From contig JAGIQG010000019.1 of assembly GCA_024679065.1 (NCBI GenBank), forward strand, positions 36,890,001 through 36,954,000: a DNA stretch of 64,000 bases, read 5' to 3'. Made by a program: the position numbers and the translations under genes. Below are positions 51,010 through 63,739 of the stretch, in pieces (position 1 is the stretch's first letter; each line of letters begins with the position of its first letter). The DNA is from Sphyrna mokarran. Lineage: Eukaryota. The notes beneath the pieces are model-generated. The model searched no databases and was not told the DNA's origin. It saw only the letters and a list, made by a program, of their open reading frames with translations.

Positions 51010-51600
51010 GGGGGTGCAGGTGCACAAGTCTCTGAAGGTGGCAGAGCAAGTGGAGAAGGTTGTGAAGAAAGCATATGGTATGCTAGCCTTTATAGGAAGG
51101 GGTATAGAGTACAAGAGCTGGCCTTTAATGTTGCAGTTGTATAAAACAATGGTTAGTCCTCATTTGGAATACTGCGTCCAGTTCTGGTCACCTTACTACT
51201 GGAAGGACGTGGAGACTCTGGATGCTGCCTGGTATGGAAGGTCTGAATTATGAGGAGAGGTTAGGCAAATTGGTACTGTTTTCCTTAGAAAGACATAGAC
51301 TTAGAGGAGATCTAATAAAGGTGTACAAGATTATGAGGGGTATAGATAGAGTAAACAGGGTTAAGCTTTTTCCTAGGATGGACTCGAATAGCATGATGGC
51401 TCACGGGCTTAGGGTGAGGGGAGTAAGTTATAATCTGGATGCTAGAGGGAGTTTTTTCACACAGAGGGTGGTGGGGATATGGAATGCGCTGCCAAGTAAA
51501 GTGGTGGAAGCAGGCATTCTGGAGTTATTTAAGAAATACTTAGATGGGCACATGAACAGAATGGGGATGGAGGGGTATAGAAAACTGATTTAAAATAGGG
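51010..51600 (+). mobile_element. CR1 LINE 3' fragment
   Basis: KKAYGMLAFIGRGIEYKS..HLEYCVQFWSP; FFTQRVVGIWNALP. Confidence 0.9.
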
Positions 51601-51625
51601 ATCATGAGCCTTGGGAGTCCCTGGG

Positions 51626-52123
51626 AAGTGTGTAAATAGATGATGATATTGATGTGCTTGTTTTTATCCTACAGGTGCTTTGGTCCACCTTGTTGTCTAA
51701 CAAGGGGCATACACGCGATGGGTCGTGAGAGGGCTGCTCTTGGATTTTTTTCGAGAGTATCCTAGTGCTTCACGTCGTTAGTGTACGCTTGACCTGGACC
51801 ATTTGATGGGCAACACGACAGCTCAATGACTATCGCTGTGCTGTGCAGATACATGGATTTGGGCCTGTGTCTGTGGGAGTTTGCGCATTCTCCCCGTGCT
51901 TGCGTGGGTTTTCTCCGGGTGCTCCGGTTTCCTCCCACATCCCAAAGATGTGCTCTTAGGCTAATTGGCAAAACAAATTCTCCCTAAATTGGCTCAAATT
52001 TGGTTTTTAATCCATAGATCTGTAAACATAGACAAGGATCACGGGTAGAGGTGGGAACATTGGAGTGGCGGCGCGGCCTCATTGGGCCAAAGGGCCTGAA
52101 TCACATGCTGTTTTGTTCTTTGT
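51626..52123 (+). mobile_element. SINE-related composite repeat (partner of 7920-8389)
   Basis: Near-identical reverse complement of 7920-8389. Confidence 0.85.
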
Positions 52124-54235
52124 TCTATCCAGTCTGTCACTCTCCAATCAGAGAAAAGGTGCAAGGTGTGAGGCACATTTCTTTTAGGTATCCCTACAAA
52201 GAGGATGCCCACCTGATTATGTTAGAAAATGAGATGGGATTGCTGGTTATTTGCCCACCCATCTCATCAACGTGTCCTGAGGTGCAGGAACCACCCCACC
52301 CCCGCATTTTAGGTGACGGAAATCCTGACAATCCCGAGCAGTATAATAGTGGGTAAAGACCCAGCATTGCCTACTTCTTATCCACTTTATCCCCATTCTT
52401 TCATCTGGTAACCAAGTTTAAAAGAGGCAAGTCAGATCCTGTACTTACCTGCTAACTCTCTGACATTTTATCCTCCTGTTGGTTGCTCAGTGAATCTTCG
52501 AGCTGATGACCAGATGTTGGTCAATACTTTCCTAATAATTAAGTTCCCATCCCATTTCCTATAATGTTTTCCTCCATTCTCACTGGCCATCATATCCTTT
52601 CCAAGGGAGAGCAACAAAAGTGATTCTCGATGTCAGAAATCTATAAGGAAATATTATGGATACCACATTAGATATGGAGAGTTTAAGCTGTCTGTTATAA
52701 TTTGAAGTCTTGTGATAACAGGCATGTAAAATTATTTAAATAGAATAAAAGAATAGCATTATTTAAAGCTTTGAAATATTGCAGACGAATAATTCCAGTA
52801 AACATGACTTGAAACTGCCCATGATTATTAACCAGACTCTTTAGATTTGACTTTTTGTTAAAACACGGCAGACAGGCACACAGGTCTACAGCAATGCCAG
52901 GATGAAAGAATGAAATGTTAATTGCTGAATGGAGTGCAGGGAAATGTGGGAAGAAGTTTCTTTAACAATAAATATCTGAAGAGAAAGATGGGCCATAATT
53001 TGCTTGCAGTGGCATTTGGCATCAAATTGCCACTCCATACCCATTTACCTGCACTAAATTCCTTCAGTGCCGGTCTCATCTAACCTTCCTTACTCAGGCC
53101 GGATGAGATTCAGGTAGTGCAGCAGATCATCAGATTCAGAGTTCACAGCAAAGGAGACACATCCTTTTTTTAACAGTAAAGTAGTTTAAAGGTCCCATTG
53201 TAAATAACAAACCAGGGAGAAAGTAAATGTGTAAGGTAAACTGATGGGATTTGAGCTGTGAGTAATTAACCAAGAAGTTGCAATCCACAAAGTATTGAAA
53301 CAACAATACCATGACAAGTATAAGCATATTATTATCCAGAGTGTAACAGCGCTAAATGATATGCAAGCTGAATAATCATGGCTGAGTTAATTTTTACTGA
53401 TCATTAAGTACTTATCATATTGCTGCTTATTGAAGCATGCTATGGACTACCACATTCCCTACATTAAAGTGTGCCAACACATCACAAACATCTCATTGGT
53501 TGTAGAGTGCTTTGGGATGTCCTGTGGCCATGAAAAATGCTACTTAAATACAAGTATTTTATTTATCTATTCTATCTTATTGATCCCATGACTATTTGGA
53601 ACTGAACTGGATATCATGTAATTTGCATCGATCTCCAGATGTCCTTTTCCAAGACTGACCGAAGGAACACTTCGTAAAATAGAGCCAGGTGATATCACTA
53701 TGCTTATTCCCAGGAAATGAATACAGATCAACATTGATGATCAGATTAATTTAATTGACAATTAGTAATTATCCATTGTTTTCAAACCGTCTTAATGTGA
53801 TGAAAACTTGCCTTGGCAATCTAGTTTTAAAATCATCACTTCCAAATTGTCTTTCCCAATAATTATTATCTGCCGTCTTTACCTGATGTGGTTTATATAT
53901 ATTACACCAGATGCCCAGTGTGTGGCTGATTCTTAAATGACCTCTAAAATGGATTAGTAAACCACTTAGCTGTATGCAAGAAGACTCACACCACCTGAAT
54001 GTATAGCAGGAGGAGTCATTCAGCTCACTGAAATTGTGCTAGCTCTGCATGGCACAATATAGTCACCCCATTCATCTGCTCTACCTCCATAAATTTATTT
54101 CCTTGAAATGCCAATATGCTTGTTCCCACATTCTCTCTTTCCCAAAAACATCCATCTATGTAGCCCCAGCCCATAAACCATCAATTAATAGCAATGATTT
54201 CTCCATTTGTCTACTTTATTTAAACATGTCTTGTG

Positions 54236-54545
54236 GGTGGCACACTGGCACAGTGGTTAGCACTGCTGCCTGACAGTGCCAGAGTCCCAGGTTCATTCTA
54301 GTCTCAGGTCACTGTGTGGAGTTTGCACATTCTTCCCAGGTCTGCACAGGTTTCCTCTGGATGCTGTGGTTTCCTCCCACAGTTCAAAGATGTGCAGGTT
54401 GGGCAGATTGGCCATGCTAAATTGACCCTAGTGTAATGGGGGTCAGCAGGGTAAACGTCTGAATTTGTGGGAATGGGCCTTGGGTAGGATTGTGGTCAGT
54501 GCAGACTTGAGGGGCCGAAAGGCCTCTTCTATATTATAGGGGTTC
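54236..54545 (+). mobile_element. HE1-like SINE
   Basis: ggcacagtggttagcactgctgcc head; ggagtttgcacattct core. Confidence 0.82.
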
Positions 54546-56634
54546 AATGTCATAATTTTGTACATATCTATCTTAACTTCCCTAGTCTCCTTTTCTTGTT
54601 TACAGGATTATTGATCGGTTACAGTACTGGAGGCCATTCAGTCTGTTTTGTCTGTGTTGGATCTCTGAAAGAGCAACTCACCTAATATCATTCCTCTGCC
54701 TTCTCCCTATAGCCTTGCAAATTATTCCTCTTCAGATAATAATCCAATTCTTTTTTGAAAGCTGCCACACTCAAAGGCAGTTCATTGCATTAAAAAAAGT
54801 TCTCATGTCACTGTTGCTTCTTTTGCCAATTGCTTTAAATCTATTTGGTCTAGTTCTCACTTCTTCCACCAAAGGGAACAGTTTCACCCCATCAATGTTA
54901 ATGAAGTTCTTTATTCCTGACTGCATCCTTATGAATCTTTTCTGCATGCTCATGTCCTTCACATATTTCCTGAAAGGTTCCCAGACTGAATATTGAGGCT
55001 GAACCAGTGTTTTAAACAGTTTAATTAGACCTGTTGTCCCTTTGTACTCAATGCTCCTATTTGTAAAACCCAGGATGCTGTAATGGTTTATTAACAATAT
55101 CCCCCTCCCATTTCACAATATGTCCAGTTCTGTATCATTTACAAATTTTGAAATTGGGCCCTCTATACTCAAGTCTGTGTCATTAATGTACAACAAGAAA
55201 AACAGGATCCTAACAGTGATCCCTGGAGAACCCCATCACAAACTTTCCTCCAGTTCAAATAACAACCAGTGTTTCTGTTCACCAGCAAATTTTATATTTT
55301 CAAGAGCAGTTAGGGATGAGCAAGAAATGCTGTTCTTGCCAAAGAAACCCATTGTGTTTATCAATGAATAAAAAGATCTTAGATAACTGCCATTGGTTTC
55401 AATAAGCAGGTATTATCATAATCCCTCAAGATACAATATTCAATTTTTACCCTAATATCATTGCCTAATATTATTATCATCAATAGATCTTAAACTGGTA
55501 TTTTGTACTTCTTAATGATCCTGTATCTCAATTCTAACCAATAGTCATTGGAGAACTTAGAGCTGTCATTTTAGTCAAAAGGTAAAAACAGGAGCTCAGT
55601 ATGCGCTGCGTTAATAAGACACAACTTTGAAATTTGGATTAACACACATTTTTGCTCCTAATTGCTGAGCACCATAATTTTGCTTACATGGAGATGCTAA
55701 CTCAGTTTCCTGCAAGTTTGACAGTGAAGTGCTGAGTACATACATTTTTGGTGGAGTAGTTTTTGAGGGCTGCTTGCACCACTTCTACAGAATGCGTGGA
55801 GTATTCTGGTTGTCACCGCACAACATACCACAAGCAGGTTCAGAATCTGAAGAAGAGGATGCACAACTTTTCACAAAGCATTTAAGATGCTCGTGGAGGA
55901 GGTTTAGAACAGGAGAAATGTTCTGTATCCACAGAGAAAAAACATCACCTTTCCCTTCTATCCCTCTACTCATACAGCAGCTGCTCAGATATAGTCTGTG
56001 TCCTTCTCCTAATCCTTGTCCAGAACAAAGGAGAATCTCGAACCAGATTATCATGACAAAATACTCCCTTTCTGCTACTGACCCTTAGGAAGTCTATTAG
56101 CAAAGAACATTTTTTTGGGACAAACCCTCAGAGACTATTTGGATTAAATATTGCTAAGAGTGTTGGTGAAGAATGAACAGTGTCCAAGGAACTCTTGCCA
56201 CATGTTTCAGAGACTCTCTTCACAACTGCAGTGGCATATAAACCAGAAATGATGAGTATCCCTTTAATTAGCACTTCAAATCCACATCAACACCTTGTTT
56301 ACCCTAAATAACTAGTTCTGTTACGAAAGGCCACTGAGATGCCATGCAGCTTCCTTGATAAATTCTGCAGGCAGGTAGAATATAATTTGAAGTAGTGAAC
56401 TTTCAGGTTCCTTATCCTTACTTCAGTTCCTTTAAAAAGGTGACATTTTGCTCTAAACACCAGCAGATTTGGTATTTCAGCTCAAAACTCCACTCTGGTC
56501 ACATCAGGAGATCGTTAGTGCCGAGATGCACTGCTAAACATAGTTAATTTCACAGGAAGATTAAGTGATTATTTCATCTCAGTTCTTAATAGAATCATTT
56601 AACCATAATGTCCTGCTTATTCCATCTATCCTAG

Positions 56635-56793
56635 ATGAACCTCTGATTCCTGGAATTGATGACAAAAATCCAGCTTTGGAAAGAAAAAAATTAGCATTAC
56701 CACTGGGGCTCTCAACTGGAACTCTGATTATTTTTATTGCAGTCGGATTTGGAATTCATAAAAAGCAAAACAAGAAGCAACAAAATCCTGAGA
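56635..56793 (+). CDS. Gene 2: stalk + transmembrane + juxtamembrane exon
   Basis: Acceptor tctatcctag|, donor a|gtgagt, phase 1-1; DEPLIPGIDDKNPALERKK-LALPLGLSTGTLIIFIAVGFGI-HKKQNKKQQNPE. Confidence 0.85.
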
Positions 56794-56999
56794 GTGAGTA
56801 AAATGTTTAGAAATTTTAGGCATTCACTGATTGATTTGCATACATATAAATACAAATCTGTTACAAATCTATTACAAAATTACAGAACAAATTTCTTGAA
56901 TATCTAAAGTAATGGGTTCTTTATATGGAAATGAATTTACTGCTTTTAATCTCACTTCCAAATTGGTTATATTTAAAACCGATGATGATGTGTATTACT

Positions 57000-58015
57000 T
57001 TGATTTGATTTATTATTGTCAATATATATTAACATACAGTGAAAAGTAATGTTTTCTGAGCGCTATACAAATAAAGCATACCATTCATAGAGAAGTAAAG
57101 AATAGAGTGCAGAATGTAGTGTTACAGCCATAGCTAAGGTGTAGAGAAAGATCGACTTAATTCAAGATAGGTCCATTCAAAGGTCTGATGGCAGCAGGAA
57201 AGAAGCTGTTTTTGAGTCGGTTGGTACACATCCTGAGATTTTTACATCTTTTTCCTGACTGAAGAAGGTGGAAGAGAGTATGACCAGGGTTCATGAGGTC
57301 TTTAATTATGTTGGTTGCTTTTTCAAGGCAGTGGGAAGTGTAGACAGAATCAATGGGTGGGATGCTGGTTTGAGTGATGGATTGGGTTACATTCACAACC
57401 TTTCATAGTTTCTTGTGGTCTTGGACAGAGCAGGAGCCATACCAAGCTGCGGTACAATCAGAAAGAATACATTCTATGGTGCATCTGTAAAAGATAGTAA
57501 GAGTCATGGCGGACATGCCAGATTTCTTTAGTCTTCTGAGAAAGTAGAGACAAGGCTTTGGTGGTCTTTCTTAACTATAATGTTGGCATGGGGGCATAAG
57601 GACAGGTTGTTGATGCTCTGGGCACCTAAAAAGTTGAAGCTGTTGACCATTTCTACTTCATCCCCATTGATGTTGACAGGGCTATTTTCTCCTTTACGCT
57701 TTCTGAAGTCGATGACAATCTCCTTCATTTTGTTGACATTGGAGGAGACATTATTGTTGCTGCATCAATTCACCAAATTCTGAATCTCTTTACTGTACTC
57801 CATCTCGTCATTGTTTGAGATCTGACCCACAACAATGGTGTCATCAGCAAACTTGAAAATTGAGTTGGAGGAGAATTTGGCCACATAGTCATAGGTGTAT
57901 AGTAAGGGGTTGAGGACACAGCCATGTAGGGCATTGGTGTTGAGGATGATCGTGAAGGAGGTGTTGTTGCCTATCCTTACTGATTGCAATCTGTGAGTTG
58001 GGAAGTTCAGGATCC
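57000..58015 (-). mobile_element. Rex1/Babar LINE 3' part
   Basis: HGCVLNPLLY..FKFADDTIVVG; KEIVIDFRK; RLKNSFFPAAIR. Confidence 0.88.
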
Positions 58016-59359
58016 AATCACTGGATCTACTGTAGACTGACAGATTTATTGATATAAATGATTATTGGTGCAAAATGTGTGACATAATTGAGTTCTATAG
58101 ATGTATGCTGTAAAAACATTCTGAAAGATGTGCTGGTTAGGTGTATTGACCCAAGCAAGTGCCGGACTGTGGCGGCTAGGGGAATTTTACAGAACTCCAT
58201 TGCAATATTAATGTTAAAGCCTTACTTATGACTAATAAATAAATAATAATAAATTGTATGATGTGATTGTTAACTTATACTAAAGATAAAAATAGTGAAG
58301 TCTTGCTAAAGCTAAAAAAGGCACTAGTTAGACACTCCTAACATACTGTGAACAGTTTTAATCCCCTTATCTGAGGAAAGATACAATGGCATTGGAGGCA
58401 TTAAGAAATTGTGAGGTTAGATTTTCAAATTTTCATTTCAAGCATTGAATTCTCAGCATTAGGACAGCAAATTTTTAAAATCTTCTCCAAGTGTTAAGTC
58501 AAAAGTCAAGGATTAACTCTGTTGAAGATTGACAATCTCTTCTCCAGGGAAGTTTCACTGTGGGTTCAAGTTAGCTCTGAACACCAGAGCTGCAATACAC
58601 CTTAATATCAGTGAAAAATGAGCTACTTGACACTGATACTCAATTTGTATGTAAATAGAGCCTGAAACTGAACTCAGAGTCACTAAGCAAAGAACTGTTA
58701 CACAATAAGGATCACAGAAACAGATTCCTTGTATTCTCAATTATTGACTGTGACTTGTGGAAATTCTTTGTTGTAATTTACTTTAATCCAATATTCTGTC
58801 AGGATTATATTTTAGAAATGGTGACTTGAATTTTGAATCCCCAATAGAGTTGAGCACTGAAGCAGATGGGTATGACCACAGCCAATAAGCCGGTTTCCCA
58901 GCACCATTCTACCACCCAGCAGTTACTCAGCAGGTCAGCATTCCAGGCAGGCTTAGAGACCTTCCCTGTCTAACTTGCTTCAGCAAGACAGCACAGGTTG
59001 TCCCTTAGTGGTTCCATGTCACATCCTACAGCAATGACCTGGCTGCTATAGGTTCTTAATACTATAAACTGTAACACATGTCAAAAGCACATCCACTGTG
59101 GGACCCTTTCCTCTTCCATCTCTTCCCCTCCACCCTCCTTCCCTCAATCTACTCCTCACTGATCAGAAAGGTCAGATGGCTGCTTCCTGCATGTTTGAGG
59201 ATCTTGTATTGTCCCGTCAGCTTTGGCAGCATACCATGCATCTTTAATTGGATGGTGAGCCCATCGTCTGGCCTTTAAGTGGCCAGGGAAGATCATACCT
59301 ACTTGACTGTTTCTCAGATACTGCTGGCTGCTGACCTCTGACTGCTGGATCCCAAAGCC

Positions 59360-60480
59360 CTATGCTTAATGTGCATTTGGATTTTCAGAAGGCTTTCAAT
59401 AAGGTTCCATACTGGAGGTTAGTAAGCAAAATTAGAGCACATGGGTTTGAGCTATTATACTGGCATAGATTGAGAATTGGCTATTGCACAGAAAGCAGAG
59501 AATAGAATAAACAAGTCATTCTCAGGTTGGCAGATTGTGACTAATGAGTCACCATAAGGATCAGTGTCTTCTGGCCCCTGCTATTTACAAACTGTATTAA
59601 TGATTTGGATGCAGAGACCAAATACAATATTTCCAAGTTTGCTGATGACTCAAAACTAGATAGGAATACAAGTTGTGAGGAGGATTGAAGGAGATTTAGA
59701 CCAGCTAAGTGGATGGGAAAGAACGTGGCAAATGAAATATAATTTGAAAAAAATGTTAAATTACCCACTTCCATATGGAAGATAGAAATGCAGAGTATTT
59801 CTTAAACAGTGAGAGATTGGGAAGTGTTGATGTCCAAAGGACCTGGGTGTCCTTGTTCATCAGTCACTGTAAGCTAACATGCCAGTATAGCAAGCAATTA
59901 GGAAAGCAAATGATATGATGGCCTTTGTTGTAAGAGGATTTGAATACAGAAGTAAATAAGAGTTGCTGTAATTCCCTTTGATGACACTGTACCTGATGCA
60001 TTGTATACAGTTTTAGTCTTGTTACCTTAGGTAGTATATGCTTGCTATAGAGATAGTACAATAAAGGTTCACCAGACTCATGCCTAGAATAGTGGGATTG
60101 TCTTGGTAGGGGAGATTGAGCAGGTATGTTCTCAAGAGTTTTGAAAAATGAGAGGTGGTATCATTGAAGCATACATGGCTCAATAGTGTAGTTGCAGGAA
60201 GAATGATTCCTCTTGGGTTCTAAAGCCAGGAGACACAATTTCAGAATGAGAGGTAGACCATTTAGGACTAAGAAGGAATTCCTCAGAGGGTGGTGAATTT
60301 TTGAAATTCTACACCTCAGTCAGCTGTGGTTATTTAGTCATTGAATATATTCAGGGCAGACGTAAACAGATTTCTCGATGTACAAGTATCAAGAGATACA
60401 GGAATAGTGCAGGAAAAAAAGCACTGAAATAGAAGATCAGCATGATCTAGTTGAATGGAGCAAGCTTGAGGAGCTGAATG
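59360..60480 (+). mobile_element. Degenerate CR1 LINE 3' part
   Basis: DFQKAFNKVP and SKFADDSK-like motifs with stops. Confidence 0.8.
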
Positions 60481-60557
60481 ATTCCTATGATACCAGCAGT
60501 AAATAAAACCATCTATTAAGAGGCAGAAACTAACTCAAGCTTATTTTGTTTTTTCAG

Positions 60558-60587
60558 AAATGCCTTTACTGATAGACGCCGTGGAAG
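60558..60587 (+). CDS. Gene 2: 30-nt cytoplasmic micro-exon (KMPLLIDAVE)
   Basis: Strong acceptor ttattttgttttttcag|, donor gaag|gtaatg, phase 1-1, frame-preserving. Confidence 0.65.
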
Positions 60588-61464
60588 GTAATGTTCTGTT
60601 TTGTGTTCGTCTTAGATTCTAGAATTTACAATGCTACTGCAACTGCCCACGATAACAAAATTCGTTTTGAATCCAATTTTCCAAAAAGAATCTCACTCAC
60701 TGCTGAATGAACAATGGTGACATGTTTGATTTTGTAATTTAGCCAGGCAAAAATAGAATTCTTACCATTAAGTAACTTGAACTTGGACTCCATATATTAA
60801 AGGAGATTAAAAACTATAGACATACGTCAGTTTTAAGCTATGTATATTGAGAACACATTAATAAAATGGACTTACCAAGTTTACTCCTTTCAGAACACAT
60901 GAACAGTCTAATAGATAATTGCAGTTCAATTTTCTCCCAAAAGCATCTGTCAACATTCATGGACAAATAGGAAGAGAGGTTTCCTTTAAGACATTGATAA
61001 TGTCATCTGGATGTCCTACCCCACACCGTACATTGATGAGAAATCTGACTTAGTTTTCATGCTTCTTTAGTTCTTCCAAATAATTCTTTGGAATGCTCTT
61101 CTACAACCTAGTCTCTTGGAGAGTAACCACATTCCATTGAACTCTGCTCTGAGTATTTCAGCTTTGATCACTTAATCCTGCAGCATTTTATACATCTATA
61201 AATTAGACATAAATTAGGATTCAACTACAGGTTCAAATCAGATAATCTTTTCTCACATGTTCCATTTGACAGTCTGGTTATGAAATTGAGATTGTCCTTT
61301 TGTGTTGAATAACAAGGTCATGTGATCTTTTGAACGTAGGACTTAGAAGCAGGATTAGGCCATGTGATCTTTTCAGCCCGCTCCACCATTCAATAAGATC
61401 CTAGCTGGTTTTGTGTTTAAATTTTTTTTCTTTCCTGTCTGGCCATCATGACCCTTGACTCATT

Positions 61465-61591
61465 GGGTGGAATTTTCCTGTCCTGTCCACCACAGGAATT
61501 GTGGCAAGCGGGACACAGACCATGCAAAGATCCGTTGACCTTGGGCAGGATTTTCCAGCCTTGGGATAAGCGCAGCCGTAAAATCCCACCC
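61465..61591. mobile_element. MITE (127 bp)
   Basis: TIR gggtggaatttt / aaaatcccaccc, 11/12 match. Confidence 0.55.
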
Positions 61592-63739
61592 TATATCTAT
61601 CAAATCTCTAACTCTCCCTTCAATAAATCCAGTGACCAGGACTTCACTGCTTTCTGGGAAAAAATTTCTACGTACTTAAGACCATCAGAAAAACATTTTT
61701 TCCTCATCTGTCTTGAAGGAAAGGCCCCTCGTTCTTAAACTGGGGTTCTCATTCCAGCCTCCACCACATTTTCCCAATCCAGTTTCCTTAGAGTCTTGTA
61801 TGTTTCAGTAATATTACCTCTCATTTTTCTAAATTGCAGTGGGTGTGGGCCAAATCTATACAATAAGTCCTTCATTGTAGGAAAAAGTTGAATGAATCTT
61901 CTCTAAACTGTTTCAAAAACAATAAGATGAGATTCTCCTGAATCGGAACACCAAAGTGTTTCTCATTAGCACATCTTGGAATTCTCCCATCTGATGAATG
62001 CAAATATGTGCATCCAGAGCAACCCACCAGCCAAACAGGCTTCTCAAAGGGGCGGCACTCCTCCCCCACCAAAATGGAAATAGTGACACCCCCCCCCTCC
62101 TCTCAAATTGACCAGGGGTGCATCATCACTGCCTCAGCAAAGACAAGCATCCACCCACAAATAATGTATAGCCTTCCCCCTCATTCAGGCCATGCACCTT
62201 GGCAGTGTCAGTGGTGTATTGCCCCATGGCACTAACATACTGACCTGGAACTTAGGGCCCCAGGGGGGATTAGGGAGATAGGTCCAGTAGTCATGTGCCC
62301 CTCTGCCACTGCCAGACTACAGAAAGATGGTTCCCCAAGGCTCCTGGAGTTGAGTGGATTTGAACTGGGGGCAAAAAGTTGATCTCAACACTTTCTCCCA
62401 ATTTGGGGGTGTCATGGCGGGTCTGCCCCTAATGGCTGACTTGAAGATAACCGTTGCATAGTGATTTCTGACAACTCTGTGATTAACATTTTCATTCCTG
62501 TCAGTTATAAAATTTCGAAATGGCCTAGTCACTTTAACTTCCTTGCCCCCTGGACAGTTGGTAGACTTCTAAATTATTGCAGCACCATTCTGCAGCAGGT
62601 ACTCCCTTTCTGTCAGAAGCGGTAGGTGTGAATGAGTCCTTTGAAGTCCTATGGAAGAGAGGAGATGTCAGTTTCACCAAGGGGATGGGGGGGTGATGGC
62701 TGGGAAAACAGCAGGTGCCACTTTGAAATCGTTTCCTGAGACATTCTCACTGTCAAGTACATTTCCCAGGGATGGACTGAAAAATTCATGTTTGCAAACT
62801 GAATGGAACCGGGCAGTATGTTGTCTTCTGCTCGCAGCCTTTGGAAGCTACCAGTTCCTCAGGGAATGACCCCCTTCTATTCAACTAGTCATTGGAAACA
62901 GAGGCTCCATTACTGGAGGGGATCACTAGCAGCAATGGCCATAACCATGGACAAAATCCTGCCATGAGGGGTTATTCCTTTGCTTCAAGAAGCCTGCCTG
63001 TGATACCCTCTGAAATTTATATTTAAATTTATGCCTTTGAGAATACTTCCATTTTGAAATTCTTGGAGCTGCCAAGACTCTGGAGCTTTTGGCCCTCTGA
63101 CTGAGTTGGTAGATTGCTTTATTCATTTGAACAGTGAGCACAGAAATGGCCAAGTAGGAGGCCACCTTTGGGAAAAGAGCTCACTGGTCAGACTTTAAGA
63201 AATGCAAGCTTAGAACACACAATTGGTCTGGATGTTGGGGGTCAAAATTCTTTCCCTTGAATTTAGTGATCCATTATCCATACTTGATAAGAGACTGGAA
63301 ATGTTTTTCATCTCATGCTGAGATCATTTTAATTTATTTTTCTCAGGATATTTATATTCCATCCATTTGCCCATGTCCCTAAGCTCGAGGGTGAATCCAG
63401 ATACTAAATGGAAGACAGTTCCACAGTTTGTCCTGAAACACGTACTTAGAAGAATCCAAATTCTAAACAGATAATACGGATTGGAAATGAGGGATTCTTT
63501 CGTCTCAGTTCCTGCCCTCATTTCACCATCAAAATTCTGCCCCATTTATCAAATACTGAGAATGAACTAGTAAATATTATAACATTTTAGAATCTAAAAG
63601 GAAATATGCATTTATTAAAAGCTGGCTATGTAACTAATTGAATATCTGCTGCCTCTTTTGGAATTTCATTTCTCCCATGTTTTGTTCATCCATTGTAACT
63701 AACACAAACTCGTTGAGAAATTCAACCATTCCCTTTCAG

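Noticed and set aside
55729-56088. 119-aa ORF as the missing B7 IgC exon
   Set aside because: No Ig C cysteine/tryptophan pattern and no convincing splice sites
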